Positions 56,768 to 64,000 of a stretch of 64,000 nt of DNA are shown one piece after another (position 1 is the stretch's first letter; every line of letters starts with the position of its first letter). A model generated the notes under the pieces. That model had not been told where the DNA came from, made no database searches, and saw only the letters and a program-made list of their open reading frames with translations. Origin of the DNA: an uncultured Pseudomonadales bacterium (GTDB taxonomy: Bacteria; Patescibacteriota; Microgenomatia; UBA1400; PJMF01); assembly GCA_964393205.1 (NCBI GenBank), contig CAYMSV010000001.1, forward strand, positions 173,764 through 237,763, written 5' to 3'. The translations under genes and the position numbers were made by a program.

Positions 56768-58627
56768 ATGCCCACAGAAACACGTCTTCTCTACATACTT
56801 GCTGATCTTGCTTATATTGCTAAATTAAATCCTGCAAAAAAAGCCCATGAATTTTTGATTAGTGATTTTCATCAACTTAATGGTCAATTTCTAGATGAAA
56901 ACACCTTGATTGAAAAAAATGTGTTGAAATTGGTGGATAAATTGGAAGCAGGTAGCTATCACTTAGTTTTACCAGACTTTCTTTTTACTAACACCATGGT
57001 TAATGTTTCAGTGAAAACTGAGGAAGAAGTTAAAGATTATTTAAAAGACAAATTGTTGCCCGATTTAAAAATTACTGAAGAAGACTACTACATAGACACT
57101 AGTGTTTTAAGTGATTATGGAGGAGTTTTCAAAGTGCAACTTACTGCATTAGAAAAAGGTATTATTTTGCCTTTAGTTAAGGCGCTAAAAAATAATAAAG
57201 AAATTAAAATTACAGCACTCTCCCCTTTGAGCTTTGCTGCAAAATCCTTGATCAGCTTGGAGCCTTCAGTTTCGATTTTACAAATGGGAGAAGAGTTATA
57301 CTTAGCTCAACATTACATTGGTGTTGATCAGTGTTTTAATACCTCTATAGATAAAGCCAGCGACTTTGCTGAAACGGTTAAAACCCTGAAAGGTGTTGAA
57401 CCAAGTTTACAAACACTTTATCTTTTATCAGATAGTGTGGTTGATACTAAAATTAAAGAAGTTTTGAGTGAAACTTTACCGGTCCAGCAATTAGCCGATT
57501 TATCAGCTGAAGAAGCAAAAATTCCTCCCCATGTCAAAAAGATTATTGAAGCAGGAGCAAAAACTTTTTCTATTCCCGATTATTTGTTGCCACAATTTAA
57601 GATAGATGAGAGTTATGATAAGGAATTGCAGCTTGAGAAAGAAGATGAAGAAATTGAAGACTCAGATCCTAACAATATTCCTAAGCCGGCTGTTGTCGGC
57701 GAGGAAGAGGTTAAGAAGTCGAAAGAAGAAGATGAAGAAAAAACTCAATTAGAAAAAGACGAACTTGCTCAAAATAAAGAAAGTGAGGAAGAAATGGATA
57801 ATAAAAAAGAGGAAAAACAAGAGGCTGAAGAGCAGCTTGATGAGAAAGCTGAGTCAAATTTAAAAAAGGAGGTTTTGCCTGCGCCAAAAAAAATTGATTT
57901 AAAAGAAGTCAATCAAGTTGAGGTAGAAAAAGAGAAAGAAAAAACTGAAGAAAAAGCCCCTAATGATTCTGAAGAAACAGAGCCCAAGCGCGATCCTGGT
58001 GAAATAAATTTGGCTCAATTTGCCAATTTAGCCGTTGATCCATCAGTATTATCTAAAAAGTCTGCTAAAGAAAACGACAGTAAGGAGTCTAAAATGTCGA
58101 ACTCTAAACCAGTAATTAAGAATTCTTCTGAAGCCAGCGGTATGTTGAAGATGATTATGATTGGTTTTTTAAGTTTTTTGATTACTGTGGCTTTGGGAAT
58201 AGGGATTGGCTATGGGATTTTACAACTGAGTAATAGACAAATAAGTGATTCAGAGCCAAGCATTGAAGATATTGAGATAATGGAAGAGCCCGAACCGACA
58301 CCTGAGCCAGAATTGGTGGAAATTAATAAGGATGACTATCAACTTCTAGTGGTCAACGCGACAACCAAAGCTGGTTATGCTGGTAATATTGCTAGTGAAT
58401 TGGAAGATGCGGGTTTTACTGATGTTGCTGCTGGTAATGCAAGTGGCGAATATGAAGAGGGTAATTATTTATTATTGAGTGATTTGGGTTCAGAGCAAGA
58501 AGCCAGCAATGAAGCCTTACTCAAAGAAATTGAAGAAATTACCGAATTAAATTGGGAATTATCCGATGAAATTGCTGTTGAAGATAGCGATGGGAGTTAT
58601 CAGGCAGTTTTAGTTTTAGCTCAATAA
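56768..58627 (+). CDS. membrane-anchored protein with a C-terminal LytR_C-like domain and a long E/K-rich low-complexity linker
   Basis: TM helix near aa 465; the C-terminal LLVVNATTKAGYAGNIASELEDAGF region resembles LytR_C; residues ~280-400 are acidic and repetitive. Confidence 0.5.
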   Translation: MPTETRLLYILADLAYIAKLNPAKKAHEFLISDFHQLNGQFLDENTLIEKNVLKLVDKLEAGSYHLVLPDFLFTNTMVNVSVKTEEEVKDYLKDKLLPDLKITEEDYYIDTSVLSDYGGVFKVQLTALEKGIILPLVKALKNNKEIKITALSPLSFAAKSLISLEPSVSILQMGEELYLAQHYIGVDQCFNTSIDKASDFAETVKTLKGVEPSLQTLYLLSDSVVDTKIKEVLSETLPVQQLADLSAEEAKIPPHVKKIIEAGAKTFSIPDYLLPQFKIDESYDKELQLEKEDEEIEDSDPNNIPKPAVVGEEEVKKSKEEDEEKTQLEKDELAQNKESEEEMDNKKEEKQEAEEQLDEKAESNLKKEVLPAPKKIDLKEVNQVEVEKEKEKTEEKAPNDSEETEPKRDPGEINLAQFANLAVDPSVLSKKSAKENDSKESKMSNSKPVIKNSSEASGMLKMIMIGFLSFLITVALGIGIGYGILQLSNRQISDSEPSIEDIEIMEEPEPTPEPELVEINKDDYQLLVVNATTKAGYAGNIASELEDAGFTDVAAGNASGEYEEGNYLLLSDLGSEQEASNEALLKEIEEITELNWELSDEIAVEDSDGSYQAVLVLAQ

Positions 58628-58694
58628 ATGTGTTAATTAAAGTTCCTTTAGGGACTTGCAAAGAATAAAAAAAACCTTATACTTATGGCCTAAT

Positions 58695-59180
58695 ATGTCA
58701 AAACAAGTCAAGAACAATCAAGATAATATTATTTTAACCGAAGACGGTTTAGCAGATTTAAAAGCTGAACTACAGGAGTTACAAGAGGTACAAGTTCCAA
58801 AAGTAGTGGCTCGTATAGCTAACGCTCGTGATCAGGGTGATTTAAGTGAAAATTCTGATTATCATGCTGCGCTAGATGAGCGAGCAATGTTGGATGCTCG
58901 AATAGGACAAATTGAAAACGTTATTAGTAAAGCTAAAGTAGTTAAAGAGCAATCTGGTCACCTGATTACTTTAGGTTCAAAAGTAAAACTGCGTCTATTA
59001 TCGGATAAAAAACAATTTACTTATTCTTTGGTTGGTCAATATGAATCCAATCCTGAAGATGGAAAAATTTCTATTGAGTCTCCTGTTGGCAAATCACTAT
59101 TGGGAAAAAAGAAGGATGACAAAGCAGTGGTGGAAACACCGGCGGGAAAATCAGAATATTTAATATTAGATGTCAGCTAA
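58695..59180 (+). CDS. greA: transcription elongation factor GreA. An in-frame start also exists upstream at 58656.
   Basis: ILTEDGLADLKAELQEL N-terminal coiled coil; GDLSENSDYHAA conserved motif. Confidence 0.85.
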   Translation: MSKQVKNNQDNIILTEDGLADLKAELQELQEVQVPKVVARIANARDQGDLSENSDYHAALDERAMLDARIGQIENVISKAKVVKEQSGHLITLGSKVKLRLLSDKKQFTYSLVGQYESNPEDGKISIESPVGKSLLGKKKDDKAVVETPAGKSEYLILDVS

Positions 59181-59197
59181 AAAATAAAAAAATAATC

Positions 59198-59226
59198 AAA
59201 AAACCCCGCCAAGCGCGGGGTTTTTA
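59198..59226 (+). terminator. intrinsic terminator after greA
   Basis: A-tract, then CCCCGCCAAGCGCGGGG hairpin, then TTTTT. Confidence 0.8.
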
Positions 59227-59270
59227 GTCTAGATAAACTCAAGTATTCAGGCTAAAATAGGGCTTAGTTT

Positions 59271-60959
59271 ATGAAAAGAAAAAATATAGAACAATCTCAA
59301 CATTGGTTAGACCAACTTGTCTTGGAGATATTAGAGTGGCAAAAAAAAGAAAATATTAAAAAATTACATGTTGATGACATGAAAACTCCATCGGGCAGAG
59401 TTCACACAGGGGCTCTTAGAGGCGTTTTACTCCATGATTTTGTGGAAAAAGCTCTTCAGGAGTATTTAGTAAAAAATAAAAAGACTACTGAAGCTCAGTC
59501 TGTGGTAAGTACCTATGTTTTCAATGATGTAGATCCTATGGACGGTTTACCTCAGTATTTAGAGGAAAAAATCTATTTAGAGCATATGGGTAAACCTCTA
59601 TATACCATTCCAGCTCCCAAACTAGATCAATCTGGAATTAATCTAGAAAAAATTAGTGTTGCAGAAAGAAAAGCTTTAGAAGAGGCTAAAAATTTTGCAG
59701 AATTTTATGCAATAGATTTTATTCAAGCTTTTCGTAAATTAGGTTGTGATCAAGAAATCATTTGGAGTCATGATTTATATCAAAGTGGTCAAATGGATGA
59801 AGTAATTCGTTTGTCGCTGGATAATGTTGAATTATTTAGAAAAATTTATAAAAAGGTAGCTGATTATAATTTGCCAGAAAATTGGTACCCCTTTCAAGTA
59901 ATCTGCCCTGTTTGCGGTAAGATTGGCACTACTCTAGTGACTGATTGGGATGGTCAAGAAGTAACTTTTGAGTGTCAAAAAAACTTAGTGACTTGGGCAG
60001 AAGGTTGTGGTCACAGTGCTAAAATCAGTCCTTTTGGAGGTAATGGTAAGTTACTTTGGAAAGTAGATTGGCCAGCACATTGGAAAACAATGGGGGTTAC
60101 TGTTGAGGGGGCTGGCAAAGATCATACTAGTGCTGGTGGTTCTAGAGATATGGCTAATGCTATTTGTCGACAGGTTTTTAAAACCCAAAAACCCTTTGAT
60201 ATTCCCTATGAGTGGATTTTAATTCGTGGCAGCAAGATGAGTTCAAGCAAAGGCGTGGGCACTTCTGCTCGTGAATTTACTGCTCTATTCCCAGATACTG
60301 TGGGGCGTTTCTTATTTATTAATAAACATTATGGTCAAGTGATTGATTTTGATCCAAGTACGATGGCTATTCCAGATTTGTTTGATGATTATGATCAAGC
60401 AGCTAAAATTTATTGGGGTCTAGAAGATGGAGATCAGCGTCTAGGAAGGGCCTTTGCCTTATCACAAATAGGAAAAATTCCTGAACCTCATTTTTTAGCT
60501 CGGTTTCGTGATTTAGCCATGTGGGTTCAATATCCTGAAAAAGATGTTTTTGAGGAAGCTGGAAAAATTAAAGGTGGTGAGTTGAGTGATTTGGAAAAAC
60601 AGATTATCGAGGAACGCTTAAACTACGTTGAGTTGTGGTTAGAAAAATACGCTCCAGAAGAATTCCAATGGCGAGCTAAAAAAGAAATGCCTGCTCGTGC
60701 TAAAGAACTAAGCAGTGAGCAAAGAAGTTTTCTACAAGAGTTAAATAAATTAATTGAAGAGCGAAACGATTGGCAAGCGGCAGATTTACAACAGGCAATT
60801 TTTGAGCTAGCTAAAGATAGTGTTGGCGCAAAACAGGGTTTTAGTGCCATTTACCTAGCTTTTTTAGGTAAAAAATCTGGTCCCAGAGCAGCTTGGTTTT
60901 TGTTAGACTTAGATCCAGAACTGCGTCTGCAAAGGATTAAAGAACTCGGCAATGAATAA
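59271..60959 (+). CDS. lysK: class I lysyl-tRNA synthetase (archaeal-type LysK)
   Basis: KMSSSKG (KMSKS motif); the HIGH-like region SGRVHTGALRG; a CPVCG...C zinc knuckle. No class II LysRS lies in the window. Confidence 0.8.
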   Translation: MKRKNIEQSQHWLDQLVLEILEWQKKENIKKLHVDDMKTPSGRVHTGALRGVLLHDFVEKALQEYLVKNKKTTEAQSVVSTYVFNDVDPMDGLPQYLEEKIYLEHMGKPLYTIPAPKLDQSGINLEKISVAERKALEEAKNFAEFYAIDFIQAFRKLGCDQEIIWSHDLYQSGQMDEVIRLSLDNVELFRKIYKKVADYNLPENWYPFQVICPVCGKIGTTLVTDWDGQEVTFECQKNLVTWAEGCGHSAKISPFGGNGKLLWKVDWPAHWKTMGVTVEGAGKDHTSAGGSRDMANAICRQVFKTQKPFDIPYEWILIRGSKMSSSKGVGTSAREFTALFPDTVGRFLFINKHYGQVIDFDPSTMAIPDLFDDYDQAAKIYWGLEDGDQRLGRAFALSQIGKIPEPHFLARFRDLAMWVQYPEKDVFEEAGKIKGGELSDLEKQIIEERLNYVELWLEKYAPEEFQWRAKKEMPARAKELSSEQRSFLQELNKLIEERNDWQAADLQQAIFELAKDSVGAKQGFSAIYLAFLGKKSGPRAAWFLLDLDPELRLQRIKELGNE

Positions 60960-61491
60960 TAAGAAAATTGACAAAGCTTCTGCCTTAGAGTTAATGAAAA
61001 AACACATTTCTGACGAAATGCTGCGCAATCATAGTTTAATGGTGGCTGAAGCAATGGGAGCTTATGCCAAACAACTAAATCAAGATATTGAGTTTTGGTA
61101 TATTGCTGGTTTATTACATGATTTAGATTGGCAAAGCCACCCAGAAGAACACCCTTTTAAAGCTGTTAATGATTGGTTAAAAGATTATCCCAAGGAACTT
61201 AAACAAGCAATTTTAACTCATGCTCCAGGAATCACCAAAGTCCAGCCGGAGACACTAATTGAATGCTATCTTTTTGCTTGCGATGAAATTTGTGGTTTAA
61301 TGAATGCAGCGGCTTTAATGAGGCCTAATCGTTTTGCTGATATGAAAGTTAAATCAGTTACAAAAAAAATAAAAGACAAGTCTTTTGCAGCTAATGTGAG
61401 TCGCGAAGATATTAAACAAGGATTCTTGTTAATTAATAAAAGTCCAGCCGAGCACATTGAGTTTTTAATCAATGTCTTTAGGAACTGGTAG
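60952..61491 (+). CDS. HD-domain (HDIG-like) phosphohydrolase
   Basis: H...GLLHDLD motif. Confidence 0.55.
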   Translation: MNNKKIDKASALELMKKHISDEMLRNHSLMVAEAMGAYAKQLNQDIEFWYIAGLLHDLDWQSHPEEHPFKAVNDWLKDYPKELKQAILTHAPGITKVQPETLIECYLFACDEICGLMNAAALMRPNRFADMKVKSVTKKIKDKSFAANVSREDIKQGFLLINKSPAEHIEFLINVFRNW

Positions 61492-61500
61492 AAAGAAAAA

Positions 61501-61701
61501 ATGACAGAAAAAATACAAGTAAATACTGTGGAAGAAGCTCAAGCACTATTGCGTAAAAATTCAAGCAAAGAGAAATTAGACGAGTTAGCTCAAATGGTTG
61601 ATGAGCCATCACTGCGCTTATTAGCGGCGATAGCTACAGGTTTATCTTGGGAAGACAAAAACTCGGCTTTTACTAATTTTTCATTAACATATAAAAAATA
61701 A
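61501..61701 (+). CDS. hypothetical small protein
   Basis: 66-aa ORF. Confidence 0.3.
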   Translation: MTEKIQVNTVEEAQALLRKNSSKEKLDELAQMVDEPSLRLLAAIATGLSWEDKNSAFTNFSLTYKK

Positions 61702-61724
61702 CTTAATAATTAAAGCAAGGAATT

Positions 61725-62978
61725 ATGCTTGACATCAATTTTATCCGTCAACATCCAGATCAAATTAAAGAGGCTTGTCTTAATAAACAATTAGACAGTT
61801 CAATAGTCGATCAATTATTGTCTGTTGATGAAGATAGACGTGCACTACAAGTCAGGGTTGACGATTGGCGCCAACAGAGCAATCAAAACGCTCAGGCTAT
61901 TAAACAAGAGGTTGGAAAAGGAAATAAGCCCAGTCAAGAATTGATAGACAAGGGCAAAGGAATTAAAGAAGAATTAAAAAATCTGGAGCCTCAGTTGAGT
62001 GAATTAGAGGATCGTTTTAATCAATTAATGTTGGCAATTCCTAATATTCCCACAAAAGATACACCCATTGGCGTTGATGAGAATTTTAATAAAGTAGTTA
62101 GAGAAGAAGGTAAAGTTCCCGATTTTGATTTTCCAATTTTAGACCATCAGCAATTAATGGAAAAAGCAAATTGGTTAGATACTAAACGAGCAGTGAAAAT
62201 TGCTGGCTTTAGAGCATTTTTCCTCAAGAACGATGGTTTGCGTCTTGAAAGAGCACTTTTAAGTTATGCTCTCGATTCTATGATTGAGCATGGATTTGAA
62301 GTGATGTCGGTACCTACCTTAGTCAAACCAGAAACAATGCTTGGTACTGGATTTTTTCCTTGGGGGGAAGAAGATCACTATTATACTCAAGATGGGCAAA
62401 TTTTAGCTGGTACAGCTGAAGTAGCTCTTACTTCTTATCATCAAAATGAATTACTCAGGGAAAAAGATTTACCAATTAAGCTGTGTGGTATTTCACCCTG
62501 TTATCGTCGAGAAATTGGCACGCATGGCAAGGATACCAAGGGAATTATTCGAGTTCATCAGTTTAACAAGGTTGAGCAAGTGGTGCTAACTGTTGCTGAC
62601 GAGGAAGAGACTAGAGCTTGGCACGAAAAAATCTTAAGTTTTTCTGAAAAATTACTTCAAAATTTAGCTCTTCCCTATCGAGTTATGGCAATGTGTACTG
62701 GTGACATGGGAGCTGGTCAACGCAAAAAATACGATATTGAGACCTGGTTTCCCAGTCAAAAAACTTACCGCGAAACTCACAGTGCTAGCTATTTTAACGA
62801 TTTTCAAGCTCGAAGGCTGAATATTCGCTATCAAGCAAAAGATGGTAGTACAAAATATGTTTATACTTTAAATAACACAGTTGCTGCCTCACCTCGCCTA
62901 TTAGCAGCCATTGTCGAAAACTATCAACAAAAAGATGCTACAATTGATATCCCAAAAGTTTTAAAAAAGTACTTTTAA
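61725..62978 (+). CDS. serS: seryl-tRNA synthetase
   Basis: N-terminal coiled coil; class II motifs 2 and 3 (SPCYRRE, GAGQRK). Confidence 0.9.
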   Translation: MLDINFIRQHPDQIKEACLNKQLDSSIVDQLLSVDEDRRALQVRVDDWRQQSNQNAQAIKQEVGKGNKPSQELIDKGKGIKEELKNLEPQLSELEDRFNQLMLAIPNIPTKDTPIGVDENFNKVVREEGKVPDFDFPILDHQQLMEKANWLDTKRAVKIAGFRAFFLKNDGLRLERALLSYALDSMIEHGFEVMSVPTLVKPETMLGTGFFPWGEEDHYYTQDGQILAGTAEVALTSYHQNELLREKDLPIKLCGISPCYRREIGTHGKDTKGIIRVHQFNKVEQVVLTVADEEETRAWHEKILSFSEKLLQNLALPYRVMAMCTGDMGAGQRKKYDIETWFPSQKTYRETHSASYFNDFQARRLNIRYQAKDGSTKYVYTLNNTVAASPRLLAAIVENYQQKDATIDIPKVLKKYF

Positions 62979-62987
62979 TTAGAAAGC

Positions 62988-63191
62988 TTGTCCAGAAAGA
63001 TAAAAGTGCCAAAAGAAAAAGTAGCAGAAGAACAAAATCCTAGAATCGCTTTGGTGAAATATGACTTAAGTGTTGGTGGTGAAGTTTACAAGGGATTGAC
63101 AGAATCAGAGGTCAGAGCCAAATTAGCAGAAATTGATCCGGAGGGGAAATTGGAGGCAGCTGATTTTCGGGTAAGAGAAAGTAAGTTTTAA
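62988..63191 (+). CDS. hypothetical small protein
   Basis: 67-aa ORF between serS and secA. Confidence 0.3.
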   Translation: MSRKIKVPKEKVAEEQNPRIALVKYDLSVGGEVYKGLTESEVRAKLAEIDPEGKLEAADFRVRESKF

Positions 63192-63195
63192 AAAT

Positions 63196-64000
63196 ATGTT
63201 TAAATTTATAAAAAATCTTTTCGATGAAGAGCAAAAAAAGCTTAAAGAATATCAATTGTTGGTTGATAGGATTAATGATTTTGAAGCTGATATGCAGGCG
63301 AAAAGTGATGCTGATCTGGCTAAACAAACAAAAAAATTTAAGGAAATTATTAGTCAATATCGAGATCAAGTTGACGGAAGTTTAAAAGCGGACTCAAAGG
63401 TTTATGATGAAGCGATCAAAGCTAAAGAAAAAGAAGCCCTCGAAGCAATTTTACCAGAGGCCTATGCTACAGTCCGTGAAGTTTCGCAGCGTTTAATTGG
63501 CATGCGCCATTTTGATGTGCAGTTATTGGCTGGAGTGGCCCTGCATCGAGGAAACATCACAGAGCAAAAAACTGGTGAAGGTAAAACCTTAACCGTTACT
63601 TGTCCGCTTTATCTTAATGCTCTACTTGGTCATGGAGTTCATTTAGTAACCGTTAATGACTATTTGTCGGAAATTGGTGTGGGTTGGATGGGACCGATTT
63701 ATCATTTTCTAGGTTTAAAAACAGCAGTTATTGTTCATGATCATGCTCGTCTCTATGATCCAAGTGTAGATAGTGAAGAGCGAGGTGATGAACGATTAGA
63801 GCACTTCGTTGAAATCAGTCGTCAAGATGCTTATTTAGCTGATATTACTTATGGTACTAACAATGAGTTTGGTTTTGATTACTTGCGAGACAACATGGTG
63901 CAAAATCTAAGTCAAATGGTTCAGCGTCAAGTCAATCCTCATTACTTTGCTATTGTTGATGAGGCTGATTCAATTTTAATCGATGAGGCTCGAACGCCTC
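63196..64000 (+). CDS. secA: preprotein translocase SecA, N-terminal part, 3'-truncated by the window end
   Basis: MFKFIKNLF... N-terminus; [10 protein letters not shown]; [17 protein letters not shown]; [14 protein letters not shown] (DEAD motor). The frame is open to the window end. Confidence 0.9.
   Translation, partial: MFKFIKNLFDEEQKKLKEYQLLVDRINDFEADMQAKSDADLAKQTKKFKEIISQYRDQVDGSLKADSKVYDEAIKAKEKEALEAILPEAYATVREVSQRLIGMRHFDVQLLAGVALHRGNITEQKTGEGKTLTVTCPLYLNALLGHGVHLVTVNDYLSEIGVGWMGPIYHFLGLKTAVIVHDHARLYDPSVDSEERGDERLEHFVEISRQDAYLADITYGTNNEFGFDYLRDNMVQNLSQMVQRQVNPHYFAIVDEADSILIDEARTP

Noticed and set aside
60623-61472. ORFs 60623-60850 (-), 60851-61054 (-), 61266-61472 (-)
   Set aside because: Antisense to lysK and the HD-domain gene.
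1-64000. Alternative genetic code (UGA=Gly/Trp, as in some CPR lineages)
   Set aside because: Every recognisable gene (enolase, pyrG, gpmI, serS and the others) is full length and collinear under the standard code, with normal stop-codon usage. There is no sign of in-frame TGA read-through.
1-64000. CRISPR arrays, transposases, integrases, reverse transcriptase/DGR, toxin-antitoxin pairs
   Set aside because: There are no short spacer-interrupted direct repeats. No ORF has a DDE, tyrosine or serine recombinase signature or an RT signature. The only repeat structure is the 60-bp tandem array, which has no spacers.

Overview
This is a gene-dense, low-GC (about one-third G+C) bacterial chromosomal segment that uses the standard genetic code. 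Gene content and style suggest a small-genome organism of the Patescibacteria/CPR type; this is inference. Supporting observations are a class I LysRS, a minimal ProRS and several GT-C membrane glycosyltransferases. I call about 70 protein-coding genes, mostly housekeeping functions: KorAB, cyclophilin, RecQ, MurC and a MurE-family ligase, ComM, UppP, S21, L19, ProRS, SerS, Prs, MiaA and MiaB, enolase, iPGM, PyrG, LexA, a PGI/PMI isomerase, a phosphohexomutase, EpmA with EF-P, GreA and the 5' part of SecA. There are 15 tRNA genes. Seven of them lie in one array (28.86-30.16 kb) that also carries a 60-bp tandem repeat and a duplicated tRNA 3' end. An RNase P RNA (rnpB) sits on the minus strand at about 22.3-22.7 kb in an ORF-free, GC-rich gap. 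Several clear intrinsic terminators are present. I found no CRISPR array, transposase, integrase or reverse transcriptase. The most interesting candidates are: (i) a divergent pair of an Elp3 homolog and a Trm9-like SAM methyltransferase, next to tRNA-Gln(UUG), which suggests a eukaryote/archaeal-style (m)cm5U34 wobble-modification module in a bacterium; (ii) a second, catalytically degenerate enolase paralog inside a sugar-phosphate gene cluster; (iii) three large GT-C-type polytopic membrane proteins plus an MFS transporter; (iv) an unusual repeat and duplication structure inside the tRNA array.
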